Of a stretch of DNA of 64,000 nt, positions 1 through 13,318 are shown piece by piece; within the stretch, counting starts at the first letter, position 1, and every line of letters starts with the position of its first letter. Below the pieces are notes generated by a model. It had not been told where the DNA came from, did not search any database, and saw nothing but the letters and a program-made list of their open reading frames with translations. Source of the stretch: Haliotis rufescens (lineage: Eukaryota); contig NW_025964001.1 in the NCBI RefSeq assembly GCF_023055435.1, positions 33,666,001 through 33,730,000 of the forward strand. Direction: 5' to 3'. Both the position numbers and the translations under genes were made by a program.

Positions 1-12
1 GAGACTACCCAC

Positions 13-3000
13 CCTCTTCCTGAGGTCCCCCTTGGTGAGGGCGAAGTTGAGCTCCTTCTCCTGGTTGGAGTCGGTCTTGGTCTCCTGGTTCTCCTGGAGC
101 CGGGCCAGCTGGGAGTTGATGGACACCTTCTGCTTGTTGTGGTCCTGGGACATCTCGTCCAGCTTCAGCTTCAGATGCTCTAGCTGGGGACATACCACAT
201 ACTGGTTACCATGGTTACACTGCTTCATGGGTAGTCCCCCTTCCACGGTTATCCACCCCTTGTACACCAGATTCACCAGATAGTATGCCACCCACCTGCC
301 CCATCTGCACCATCCATCCCTGTGCCCCACCTTCCACCATGGTATGCCAACCCGCCTTCCACCCTGTGTACACCCAACTGCCCCATCGCCATCCACCATG
401 TGTACACTCACCCACCCACCCATGTGTGGCTCCCACCCTCTGCCCTCTGCCCTGTGTACACCCACCTCGTCCTCCATGGCCACCAGATTGTTGACCAGGT
501 CCTTGTTTGACTCGCTCAGCGTCCGGTGCCTCATCATCAGCCCCTTCAGCTTGTCCTCCGACGAGGGCAGATAGTCTACAAACAACCACAACTTAATTCA
601 ACTCTCCTCATATACATCACAGCCTACAACATGCTGCATACAAAGTGACCCATATATAGAAGCCTTGATACATTAGTGCAAACTGGTATACCCATTCTTC
701 AAAACAATCTTGATAAAAGCCTAGATGGCACCTGTGGAAGAGGTTCAAAATACTACACCTTACACAGGTGAGAGGTAATTGCATTGATGCTGACTGTCCA
801 TTACCATGACTGTATGTCAAGGACTATCATGGTGGGTTTATGTTTTATTGCTACATTAACTAAAAATGATCAATATGACTTTGTCTCCTCCCATCTCTGC
901 CTCAAAGTTACCTTGTGGGTCAGAACAGGCCCCACAATCACCATGACAGTCGTTAGGGTCAACAAACATGGGAATCGGTAGTTACGATGTGGACAGGGGC
1001 CTGTTCCACAAAGCAATCCTCTGAAACGATTCTTAGTTGTAGCCCAGGCTGATTGTATGTCATTGTAAACTGCCAGCATGGATTGATGGTCATGCTATCA
1101 GCCACTGGCTGACTCATCCAGGCCACTTTCATGTACGATAGTATTCCTGACTACAGCATTAAACAACATTTGCTCACCCTCTGGCATGGCATCGATGACT
1201 CTCAACAGGTACTCCTCATACTTCTTGTACTGGACTAACTGTTCCTTCAAGAAACGGTGTCTGCAATCAAACAGCAAAAGTACTGTCAAGGCCTCACTTT
1301 CCTGTCATAACTAAACCACTTAACTAGCTACATGGTTGGGTACCTTAAAACTACATTCTGCAGGCAACATTAAGCAACACTTTGGTTATATTTTGATTTA
1401 GGGATTCGACCAGAAAAAAGCCACAATCAGAAAATGAGTGAGTGAGTATGGTCTTTTAGCAATATTCCATCAATATCACGACAAGGGACACCAGAAATGG
1501 GCTTCATTGATTGGAAAATGAACACAAACTAGTTTAAATTTATTTTATTGTCCGACTTATCCGTCTTTGATAGAAAAGTAAATAGTATACAAATACAAAA
1601 AGCATACAAATTAAAGTAAGTTGTTATTTATATAATAATTGATTAAATTCATTGTTGTAAGGGCCAGTATAACCTCTCCTAAAGAAAGAAAACCTTCTCA
1701 GATGTAAGTTATGGTTCTGTAAATAACAGTAACTATCCTGCATTATAAACAGCATTAGGTCCTACTAAACTAACCAACCAAATCTACTTTACATGCAAAA
1801 TGACATAAAAACAATACTGGTCCACAAAGAAAATGTCTTATGTTTATTTCAACCAACACTATCTGAAAAGTTTGCAAAGAAACGTAAACCCAAAAATGCC
1901 AAATGTGTAACCTAAATGTGAAAACAATCTATCATAATATGTCTGTCACTGTCCATTCAAAAGTTTTGAGTGCAGGCACACTTTAACACTTAAGGCACAG
2001 CCTTAAACTTGATGATGCACTTCAGCAAAATGTTAGTATCCTGGGTGAGGTGAGATGGGGTTTAACGTCGCGTCCAAGATTATTGCACTTATACAGCGAC
2101 GTGCATGAACCTCTGTGTGTGTGTGTGGGGGGGATTGTACTAGTCCGGACTCATGCCAATTCATAGTGCTATCCCACTGAGATACCATGCCACAGTTCAA
2201 CATGAATACCCCACTCAGACAGAGTATACTGACTCTGAGCCGACCAGACTTTGTTTTAGCCCCTTTTAGCCACCAGACAGGGTAACAACAAGTACCATCT
2301 TTTAACGTCTTTTGGTATGACGTGTTTGGAGATTGAACCCTGGATCTTCCACTCTCCAGGTGGACACTCTACCCCTAGACCATGAAGGTGGTCTCAGTCT
2401 CTTAGTGAGTCACTAGACAAAATCCATCCTCCTGGATAGCAGTTACTAGCTGACTGAATGTAAACCAGTGCACAAACCTTGCTTTCAGGTCTTCCAACTG
2501 CTTTAGAAGCAGGTCAAATTCTGACGTCTTCTGTATTCGTAACCGGACTTCCTGCTGATATTTTTGTAATGCTCTTCTTCTTTTGGCTTCATTTTCTTGG
2601 ATAAACTTTTCGAATTTAGAAACTCTGTCTTTCATCTGAACAAAACGATCAAATGAAAGAGTCACACAGCTATTTATCAGCAACACATGAAATGCAAATA
2701 GTTATTTCCTTACTGAAGATAACTGTATTGTCTAGTAGGGGATACTTTACTATGATCATACTATATCTTTTTCATTAACCATGGATTTTCAGTCTCCAAT
2801 AAATTATAAAGATTCACATTTCCCGAAACAGTTTTGTAACTTAAAGGGGAAGTAAAGTCAACACAGCAATCACGATCATGATGATCGGGCTGATGCCCAG
2901 TCTGCCTGCTTCTGCCTCTGTCTGCTCGTCCATTCAATTACCATGCCCACAAGTTATGTCGCCTTAGTAACAACATTGAAGATGCCTTCATTTGTTTTCT

Positions 3001-4957
3001 CTTGGGATTTAATGTGTGGACTAGGACTGTGGGCGGCTGTTGGTTTATTACCCAAACAGGATGTTAGTAATAAAATGCTAGTTACCAATTGTTAATTGTT
3101 ATTTTGATTATTCTCAATGTCAAGATCAAAGGTTGTTTCACACATTCAACTATGCTCTTATTTTTGTAGGATTAACAGAAATAGCCGAAACAGTATATGT
3201 AGAATGTCTAAGAATCACAAAATAGATAAACACCGTGCACATATCAGTTAATGAAAACAGCTGTCATCGCTGTGCTTGTAGTTTTAGGTCACACACCCAA
3301 ATAGGTTTGTTTTGGAAGCTGATTACGGAGTGCGTGATTTCAGCACTTGAACTTGGACACTTAAATACTTTCTACAAATATTATTAATTTTTCTGTCTCG
3401 GAATTAAACTAAATGCATCTAGGAAAATTGATTCACAACAAAATCGCAATAATCTTTTTTCACTTTAATTGCTCTTTGAGGGGTAAAAAGTACTTGAATC
3501 TAGGGGCCCCTTAAATCTCTAAACTCGGCCTTCTTTATTGCTTTATTTTGAACACTCCTAAAGATACAGGGTAAAAAAACCATTTAATATACATTGTAAA
3601 TTGCTCTAATTTTTATAAATAAATTTTCATTCAATTTTGAACTGATATGATACAAAATAAAAAACTTTCATAATTCAACATAATACAATAGTATACTAAC
3701 CTGTTGTTGTTTTTTCTGGACATGTATCTGTCTCTGTGAGCAGGCTTCCATCCGTTTCTTGAACTCATACCGCTTCTCTTCAAGATCGGCCTGGACCTTC
3801 TCTACCTCCACATCTTTCTTGAGGAGAAGGGTTTTCTGCAAAGTGTTGATACCAGTCTCGATAAGTTTGTCCCCGGATTCCTTGACCACAGGGAATGCAG
3901 AAATCTCATCTTCATCATCTCTGAAAGTAATATGGATACACACATACAAATAATTGATAAGCCTTTTATCTCTACCTTGTTCAATATCCATAATGCAGAA
4001 AAACTTACCAATTCATATACAGTGTTTTCATAAAATCACATTTTAGGAGCATTCAGTATGGAAATAGAATGAGAACATAAACATTTCAACAGTTCTTTGA
4101 AAATATTACAACAATAGTTTTTCATAGGACCTGATTCAATGTACGAGTTTATTGAATTCTCCATACTCTTCATTTTTAGAAAACAGCTTTACATGTGGCA
4201 TGATCTATCAAACCGAAACCACACACAGGAACATTTATAAACAAATTAGACATTTGAGTCAAAGAGTTAAATTTGCAGCAAACATGTTTCTTTGTCGAGA
4301 AACAAAAGGCTAAACCTTATAGTGAATAAGGTGTTCTATGAATTTGTATATATGTATTAATTTTATATTTCCCTTTAAACTTGTTTTAAGTTAAAGTGTG
4401 CCACTCACAATACCATTAAAGAATATTTCTGTCTCCATATATATCATGATATATGCTTATAGAATTGAGAGACAAACAAATAATCAATAACTGTTGATGT
4501 CCATATAGTAAGAGCCAGAAAAATGATAACCAGCGTGTTATTTAAAAGACTTAATAATCTAAGTAGAAACGGATTTTATTAATTATATGAAACATAATTA
4601 AGGAACAGACCGAAATAAAAAGAGCTGAAGTGGGATTTCAGAATAATCAACGTTTAGAAGAGTGTTTTTGATCCTCGCTTCTTAAACACACGGCAGTAGG
4701 AAAGTTTTATCAATAGAATAAATAATGTACACGACAAAATCCCCCCGAGTACAATCTAAATCACGGGTAATATCACTATCGTCACGCTTGCATGCACCTG
4801 TCGATAGGTCCTCCATGTAGAACAAAGTGACCTTAATTACAACAGTGTAGCTTCATCAAACATTGATCGCTTCCTCTCACCTGTCATTTAATTGTGTCAC
4901 GAAAACATTCCTCTTTTGTTGTTCCAAGTCTAATCTATATGGCCCCGATGCTGCCAT
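13..4957 (-). CDS. Coiled-coil domain protein, CCDC42/CCDC197/CFAP73 (DUF4200) family; 5' six exons, gene continues off the left edge
   Basis: Exons on minus: 4957-4881, 3920-3701, 2635-2478, 1260-1178, 575-466, 183-13. All introns are GT-AG and phase-consistent. Translation MAASGPYRLDLEQQKRNVFVTQLNDRDDEDEISAFPVVKESGDKLIETGINTLQKTLLLKKDVEVEKV...MKDRVSKFEKFIQENEAKRRRALQKY...YKKYEEYLLRVIDAMPEDY...MRHRTLSESN. The KFEKFIQENEAKRRRA and Y..YL..V motifs recall this ciliary family. Confidence 0.85.
2042..2393 (-). mobile_element. tRNA-derived SINE family D ((CTCAC)n tail)
   Basis: tRNA-like head followed by GTCATACCAAAAGACGTTAAAAG, ending GCGACGTTAAACCCCATCTCACCTCAC. Related copies at about 40909-41231(-) and 41483-41752(+), a related head at 7251, and tail fragments at 13440-13495 and 19395-19460. 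Confidence 0.75.
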
Positions 4958-5057
4958 TTTTGCACAACTCCAGATTTGTTGTTTTTTTAGCCAGTAAATC
5001 ACGGTGCGCTATGAGTTTCCGAGTATCAACATTTCGCCGCCATTGCAAAACAAGTTT

Positions 5058-5116
5058 ATGCAAATAGGAGCACCTTGGTGATCAATGGTCATGTGATTCG
5101 TACGCCGGTCATGTGA
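5058..5116. promoter_or_regulatory. Candidate shared promoter between the CCDC42-like gene and countin-like copy 1: octamer plus two M-box/CLEAR-like E-boxes
   Basis: ATGCAAAT at 5058-5065. GTCATGTGA at 5088-5096 and 5108-5116, 20 bp apart and about 100-160 bp upstream of the minus-strand ATG. Confidence 0.45.
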
Positions 5117-5675
5117 TGCACTAACGTGAGCGTTCAGGGCTCCTAGCTTCAAATGAACCATTTTTCCCTGATTTGATTTGATAGTAATAATAGACTGATT
5201 TGACCATTTGAACGTAATATGCCATACAAAATGTTGCCTGTTAGTCTACATGTAACTCTGGCGCTGATAAATGGCATGCCTTGTCATAAATAAACCGCCG
5301 GGCAAGGGGAAGTAAAAACTTGAAAATTAAATTTGACATACAAATTATAAAAGTTATCTAAACGTTACTAGACTGAAAACGATCGTCTAAATGCTGAAAC
5401 TATAATAACATTGAATAACCATTTCTTGTTTGTTTCATTTTAAGCCACCATAAATGGGTGTTATGTTTTATTGTCAAGCAGTTTCTATCACCGACAAATG
5501 CATAGATTGTTACAAGTGGTGTGTGTATACTACAAAGGCTTATTCTATAGATATTTTTTATGAATGATAAAGATGGGTTTACAGTAATGTGTGTACCACA
5601 CCAATTTTACAATGCCAGTGTCAGATGTTTTGTATTTCCCGTGATGCGAATAATCAACCTCCTCTATGGAAGGAA

Positions 5676-5839
5676 GGGCGGTCGGATAGCCTAGTGGTTA
5701 AAGCGTTCGCTCGTCACGCCGAAGACCCGGGTTCGATTCCCGACATAGGTACAATAAGTGAAGCCCATTTCTGGTGTCCCCCGCCGTGATATTGCTGGAA
5801 TATTGCTAAATGCGGCGTAAAACCATACTCACTCACTCA
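5676..5839 (+). mobile_element. tRNA-derived SINE family A (tRNA-Asp-like head, (ACTC)n tail)
   Basis: Box A TAGCCTAGTGG, box B GGTTCGATTCC, ACTC tail, imperfect TSD TATGG(A/C)AGGAA. Other copies at about 1435-1510(-), 16985-17150(-), 30209-30290(+), 40165-40323(+), 54781-54940(-), 56166-56315(+). Confidence 0.88.
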
Positions 5840-6372
5840 TTTATGGCAGGAACCGGGTCGAGGACCTAACAGTATGTACATTATGTCAATATATTTAATA
5901 TTAGAGTGTGACGTCACCATCTAGGGTGAAGTCAGTAATCTCACGCCGCCTTTGAGAGTTTGAAACAGTTTGCTTTTACACAAGTGCTTCACATGGAGTT
6001 TTAATAACCCTCTTATTATTACCATATGCGTGATAAATACAGATACATAGTCTTATACATATTGATATTAATTCAGATCAAGTGATCCCTGAATGTACTC
6101 ATGTAAATATATCACGGTATTAGACAGGACGAAACATAGCGAAACAAGAGGTTTAATAACTGATTCATCAAATTTACCTCTCACTATGCAAACTGAGATA
6201 CGCTAAATAGATAAGCCTTCTGTTTACAAATGCAGAAAAGACAACAAGTTGATTAGTTATAAGTACTATCAGTGATACTGTCAGACTTTGGACGTCTCGA
6301 CAACAACATTCAGCCTCCATGTTTTTATCTCTAGAATAGCTGTATCAAAGGCCACAGCATCCCAAAGCGTTG

Positions 6373-9300
6373 ATGAAGATGAAGGTGGGTGTATCATTGT
6401 TAATTATTTCTAACAGTTAATTGCATTGTGCATTGTACACAATTATGAAAATAACAAGTGCTTTCAATCATTCGTATCCCTTATGTCAAACTACATGGAG
6501 TGCACCCCTAAATGATGCATGAAATATATAATCTGTATGCACTTGTGGATAGCGTTTGGAATGGCAAAAATAACCTTTAACTTTTTGTTTTGCATAAGGG
6601 ACTATGTGCAACAATCTGATGTCAATTTCCATTGTAGACCTTTACATTGCAAGATGTGTCATGCTTGAAACTGGGTTTCTAATTGTTCCCTTTTAGTAAA
6701 CAGTTTATAAACATTATACGCCCCGGTTATGTTTCTAGGTTTGATACCTGCATACCCGTTCTCATGGGTTTCACCGAAGTGGTAGACGTCTGAGACCTTC
6801 ATCACTGTCTTTCCTCCCACATTGAGCTGACACACCGTGAGATAACTGGAAAACTGTTCAAAACGGCGTTAAACCAACCCAACTCACTCACTCATGTCGA
6901 CCATGCAAGCATGTAAATACAAATCCATCTTGACACATTTATATATTTTACAACTCTGAACTGTCAATGTGTGCATGTTTGTATACAGTTACTGGTGTTG
7001 TTAAGTTGTGTGGTGTTGGCCGCCACTGGGCTGCGGGTGTCGACCCTGACCTCCCACAAGCAGCAGAAACTGAAGAAGACCACGATGACCGTCCTGAAGA
7101 TGCCCCAACCTCAAGAGAAGGTTGACCTTGACCTTTGCCCGACATGCGTCAGCTTCACGGAGGAAACCATTGATATCATGATGGATATCCTTCTCAGTAA
7201 GTCTATCAAATGTGTATATAGTCACCTAATCTAGCTTATAGAAATTCCCCGACCGCCTCTGTTGGCTAGAGGATAGGGCGTCCGCCCGGAGGACGGAAGG
7301 TCGGGGGTTCGATCCCCGCCGTGTCATACCAAAAATCACATTCACGGTCAATTTCTTATTTGCCCTGATGTATAGTATTGTAATAGCCAAGATTACATAT
7401 CCCTGTGCATGCATTCAAAGGAAAAATAACTACACCCGTGTTTGTACACTTGGCTTTCAACGGAGTGATAACTGCCCGTGTCGCTTTGGGCTTCCCTTCC
7501 ATTTAACTGATACGACGTGAAATAACTGACTGATATGAGGCGTTAAATCCAACTGACTTACCCACAACGTGTTATTTCCACGTTTGTGTTCAGAAGTGAT
7601 ACATCTGCAATCTAAACCCAAGACCCGAAGAAGCACATTATTGGTCGTTACGCAGACAGATTTTTACATTTTACAATTGATATTTGTGAGAAGGACATCT
7701 AACAAATGACTTTAGTCTCTTTCAGTCCGTATATTAACCCTGCTAAATATCGGGTTTCTTCCCTTCATGCTGCAGATATTGGTATTCTGGACTCTTGTGG
7801 CGTTCTCTGCTCTATCGTTGAGCAAAAGACAGGAAGCCAGGCTATAGGCGCCGTGTGTAACATCCTGTGTGACGTCGTCGGCATAGACGACTTCGTCAAG
7901 TTCATCACAAAGTTAGTATACTACTAAGAAACATATGATATATTTACGTCAAAATGGAACCTCGTGAATGACATACTCTTTCTTATATCACATCTAAGAT
8001 GTGAGCATTCGAGTTTCTGGTAAGCACGGTAAATCGTTTCATCAGATAACTATTATGCCTATACTGTTACACTTTTCTATCAATATACATCAATCACGCT
8101 GAACAGATGAGTTCATTCCAAGAAGTATTTAGACTGATGGATGATAATGATCAAAATATTCAGAACCATAAATTCAATTGTCATTAAGGCTTGCTTGCAT
8201 CTGACATATTTGTATCCCTCAACAGGGCTGACTTAGATCCCATTTACTTCTGCGAATTGACGAAAATGTGTCCAATCTTCGACCAGGGAGATGCGACCTT
8301 GACAGAGCTTAACATCCTTCCACTGAAAGGACCCCCAGGTACTTCTGTCCCTCTTCGCCCATGTCCATTTCGTCCATTATACAGGAACAGACGTTTGGCG
8401 TAGGATTTGTTGTGCTCATCTAGATATCTAAATTCAACATCCAGTGATGCCATGGATTTCGTCAGACATGTTGTCGGTCATTTTGGATATCAAAATGGCC
8501 GCGATTCGTCACTATTGAATTACAACGACAACGTTTTTCATCATTGTCCTTCGAAATAAAGTGAAATGTATAACACCTAAGTGTCAATATTATAGGTAAC
8601 AATCATGCGTTTTTAATCGGGACATTTTACTAACTGTTTTATGAACAGGTGATCGCACTATAAGCTTCACGTACAATTCAACGAACGGCACCGGCACAGG
8701 CCAAATCAACATCAACATCACGACTGTGGATAAGTTCCCTGTGTGTGAGTATCCCTGGTCCATCTGAGCCCGGGTTAGTTGCATACATTCATACACAGCA
8801 AACCTTCAGAAAATGCTATCAATGCTAATTGACCAGTGCAATTTTCTAATCATGATGAAGACCAATTTTAATTTGTTCACCAGTTAAATGTGAGCATTAT
8901 GTGATAGGAAAGCAGAAAGGGACGCAGTTCTGACAAACCAAGAAATATACTGAGGGTAAATCTTGGATTCGAACCCACTATCATCTAGTCCTGATACGGT
9001 TTAGGGATGCAACTGTGCTACCCTCTACCTCCCTTAAAAACTGCAGATACAGAGCGGTACTGGACCAGTGTACCTTTCGACAAAGCGACCTAGGGCAACG
9101 ACGACAGTGAGTCTTATGTTGAAGCATGGGAGATACGACAGTCGTAGTGGAAAGATCGCTTTGTGGATCGGAGCCCAGAAGTATATGCTTTTTGGGGCGT
9201 GTAATTTATATTGTCAGGTATAAATGTAGGTTGTTGTTTTTCAAAAAGGGATAGATCCATGCCCTCTTGGTCCCATTTTGAATCCGCATATAACATAAAC

Positions 9301-10246
9301 TTCCCGACAATGGTTATCGAACGTATTTCATATAATGACGTTTTCTTTACTATTATAATACTGTTATTATCACATCTGTGTATGTAGCGAGCAGTTTGCT
9401 GATACAGAAGCAACCACCGGGGTTCTACCCCACGGCCTTGAAGCTTTCGGCGGAGAAGTCCCCCGACTGCCACCCCCAGCAACAGAAGTGTGAGACCTGG
9501 AAACACGGCAACTATACACTCACAGTGTGTAAGTATACACAGTAGAAGGAAGGCTGGCAGACCTAACGTAACGCGTGACCTTACTACGCCACATTGGAAT
9601 GCCCGTTTTGCTTGCCCTAAAGAGCGACTATGTTGTCGTAAGAGGCGACTAACGGGATCGGGTGGTCAGGCTCGCTGACTTGCTTGATGCATGTCATCGT
9701 ATCCCAATTGCGTGGATCGATGCTCATGATGTCAATCACCGGTTTGTATGGTCAGACTCGATTATTTACCGACCGCACTCAAAACGGTGGAATATTGCAG
9801 AGTGCGGCGTTAAACAACAAACAAAACAAAAACACAATTAATTAATCTTGCAAAACGAGGATACAAAACCCAGGCGACGTTAAAACTGATAATGTAAGCC
9901 TTCTTTTGACATCAAGCAGCGCTAGGGGTGAGCCGTCAATGGCTACCTTTAATCGGTGGTTCACTGGGGATATGCAATCAGTGTTGAATGTATGTACGAG
10001 GATGCTTAATAAAGACAACAGAGTGTATTTTTTTGTTAAAACCTATTTACAAATTGCATTGATATAAAAGTAAATACTTTGTTTAGAATCTCTTAACTTT
10101 AAATTATCTTGATGCAGTAAAGCATTTCTTCTGTTGCAGCTGTGTGTAATGGCGAATGTTTCAGTGAGCATCCCCACAGCAAGGTGTATGACCGGAAAAG
10201 CATGAACTTCACCATTACAAAGGAGACAATGGGCAGTCAGCACTGA
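6373..10246 (+). CDS. Countin-like secreted saposin-domain protein, copy 1 (270 aa)
   Basis: Exons 6373-6384, 6989-7196, 7776-7911, 8226-8338, 8649-8744, 9388-9528, 10140-10246 (813 nt, all GT-AG, frame intact). MKMKLLVLLSCVVLAATG...DLCPTCVSF...SCGVLC...VCNILCDVVGIDDFVK...ADLDPIYFCELTKMC...NGTGTGQI...VCNGECFSEHPHSKVYD. Motifs match my recollection of Dictyostelium countin (DPIYICE, GTGQL, VCEGSCGSPHP). AATAAA at 10526. Confidence 0.92.
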
Positions 10247-11989
10247 CAATACACAATATTTACAGTAGTCATAACGTCAAAATGTTTTTTTTTAAAAGAA
10301 ATATAGGTGAATACAAATGTGTTTATATTGTTTCTATCTTGGAAACAAAATACTAGCAAATAAATAATTTTCGAGCAATTACAATTTGAAAATGTCTCCG
10401 AAATACACGGTGATGACTTGAAAAGCAATATTTGTAAACTTAGTATTAACAGAATATCAAACGACGTCCAGATACGACGACAGTTCTTAACAGTCACACA
10501 TTGTAACCAACAGATCCAAATTTATAATAAACTATTTCTTTCTGTGTGTATTTTATTTTGTCCGTTTGTGACGGCAATGTTGTAAGCTGGGTTCCGTCTC
10601 TTCATGTCACAAGTTGACGACACGCAGATAAATCCTAGAACCAGCTTATCAATGCTGTCGTAGAGATCTGTCTATGACGTCACATTCTTCGTATAGACGT
10701 GTCTATGACGTCACAGCATTGTCTTTACAGACAGGAAGGAAAAAAGACGTATTTCAGCCCACATAGACTCGGTCACTTTTCAACACTTTCTACATTACTT
10801 TGGTGCGTTCGGAGACTATACATTTAAACCTCTGCTTGTTTCTTCATTGAAGGTATGACTAACAATGCTCGTGTTAATTTACCAACAATAGATGGCCACT
10901 GGTAAAACTTTTCTTTGACCGTGAAATGACGAAAATATTTAAATACTTTCGGTTTTCTAACCAAGCAATTTTATTTTTCGTGTATGTTATAACAAACAAA
11001 CAAAACAACAACCAAAAAACAGGCCATGTACCAGAATATCAAATAATGTGTTTCCTGCAATGGTAATTTAACCAATAAGAACTTCTTCCCCCCCCCCCCC
11101 CCCCCCCCCCCATGTAAATCTGGTATTAGACAAGGAGCTGTCGCCTTTCCTGTTTGCAATATTTTAAAATAATCTCGAAGGGGCATATGATTCGTGTACA
11201 GATGTCCAATTGAAACCAGATGAATTCTATGATCGAATCGAAAATATTATCACAATATTTGTATTATTGCATGAATATGATGCAGTGTCATGAGCCAAAA
11301 TGCTCATGATCTACAGCAGCCGTTTGACTCATTTCATTGCTATTGTACACATGGGAGATTTAAGTTAATAACTATGTTCTATGTTTTATGCCGAGGACGG
11401 ACATTAAATTTATCACTAAAATGTGAGTTGCGGTTTTCTGAAAGTATGAGTACATATAACAGATCTTCTCTATGGATGCGAAGTATGAAGATTTGACAAC
11501 ATCTTCGCTATGGCACATAGGGAACATGGAAGATTCCATCTATCAACCATAGTTAAAACGAGAATATGTTTGGGGGCAAAATATTCTCAGGGAAATGTAT
11601 CTAAATTATCTTTCCTTTTATATAAGTGATTGTTTAATGACGACCTATGTGAAAAGTGTAAACATACAAAGATTACATATACACCTACAAATTAATTAGG
11701 CACCTCCCTGTTTTTGTGTGTTTTTTAAAATAAGGTATCATTCACGTCAAGCCTGAGCTATGGTGGAGTAGTCAATGTCTAGTGTAAGACGAGACTATTG
11801 ACTACTGAAAACACAGAGAATGATGCAAATGTTCAATATTTTCATTGCCTTAATAACACAGTTGCGATAGTAATGTAATTGTGCAAAATTGATAATCACG
11901 AAAACTATGAATCTGGGAAGTTCCATGATCAGGTATGAACGACCATTACTGTCCAAAAGCGTTCATTGTTATCTGACAAACATAATCAG

Positions 11990-13010
11990 AATCCTGAAAA
12001 TCTGTAACGAGTGTTACCACCCTGTGCCTGGATGACAGATTCGACCCTTCTCCTTATTCCTCCATTGCGTCATCTGAAACGATCAAGAAGTAACTGCTGC
12101 CACTCCTAATACAATGCAGCCTCTAAAGCTGCCACATTCTGCACTGGTGGATCCATTGCCTGCAGCCGACGTCCTTGAATGTCCCAAACATGTTCCAATG
12201 GATTCATCCTGGACTCATAGCGGGCCAAGGCAAAGTGTCAATAGCGTGTCCTTGCAGAAATGCAGTCAAAGTACGAGAACGATTGAGTGTAGCGTTGTCT
12301 ATACCATAAACACAGGTCGACATGGAAGTGCATGGTTGTCAAAATGTGGATTGAGGATGTCCTGGATCTAATGATCGCCGTTGAGATTGTCTCGTACTTT
12401 TACCATGTCCAGTTTACAGTCATGAGATATTGCTCCCCACACCATGACGGAGCCTCCGCCATAAGGGACTGTTGGTACCATGTCCCTGGGAGTATAGCAC
12501 CTGCGACGTACAGCAAGACCAATCGCTTTAACCAGACCAATGGATCCGTCGCCACGTACTCATATTGCAATGACGTCGAGCTACACACCATGCCAATCAA
12601 AGAATCTGATGACGAGCAGTTAACGAGAGACGTCTGATGACCCTTCGTGACTTCAACCCAAATTATTTTAGCCGCTTTCGGACAGTTATGGTGACCAGAT
12701 GCCTGTTGGGAAGCCATTGTTCTTTCAGAGCTTTACTCGTGGCAAAGGGTTGCCGCCTCACAAAACCTGCTAGAGTCCTGTCTTCCCGTACAATTGTCTT
12801 TCGGGGTGGCCCTGGTTATGGACGGTCCTTTACTTCACGTGTCTGTCGGTATCTTCTTATGAATCTGCTGATGACAAGCCAAGTCATAGCCAAGTTGACG
12901 TCCAATGGGCCCGTATGACATACCTGTGTCTGCATGCCAATAATTTGGCCATTTTATATACCCTTACTTGCATCATTATCAAAATGATTTTCGTGAAACT
13001 CGAGGTTATC
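11990..13010 (-). mobile_element. Degenerate Tc1-type transposase relic
   Basis: Minus-strand frames give VISRFIRRYRQTREVKDRP*PGPPRKT, WRRIHWS, GGSVMVWGAIS, DNA and LPWPAMSP, with many stops and frameshifts. Boundaries approximate. Confidence 0.8.
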
Positions 13011-13143
13011 ATGCTTCACTTTCATATGTCTTTGTGTTTGGGCGACGCAGTCAGTTATTGTCATGACTATACTCGAGATCGACAGCTATTCTATGAATGA
13101 GTATCACGAAACTTGAATTTCTAAAGACGGGTATAACACTGTA

Positions 13144-13318
13144 CAGTAAACTTCGGTTACAACGAACACGATTTTAATGAACTGACCGATATGACGAACT
13201 TAATTTTTAGTCCCGGCCTTTTGTTGTATATATGCTGTATACCTGCTTATAACGAACTGCGGTTATAACGAACTAAAATTAGTGGTCCCTTAGAGTTCGT
13301 TATAACCGTAGTTTACTG
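13144..13318. mobile_element. MITE, Tc1/mariner-pogo (Tigger-like)
   Basis: TIRs CAGTAAACTTCGGTTACAACGAAC / GTTCGTTATAACCGTAGTTTACTG with TA on both flanks. Confidence 0.85.

Noticed and set aside
215-589. Gly/Trp-rich and Pro/His/Cys-rich ORFs
   Set aside because: These are translations of the low-complexity intron and alternative frames of a CCDC42-like exon.
5676-5755. tRNA-Asp-like sequence (and similar heads at 7251, 17080-17150, 41483, 56166)
   Set aside because: The acceptor stems do not pair, and each head continues into a shared repeat body, usually with a microsatellite tail, so these are SINE heads rather than tRNA genes.
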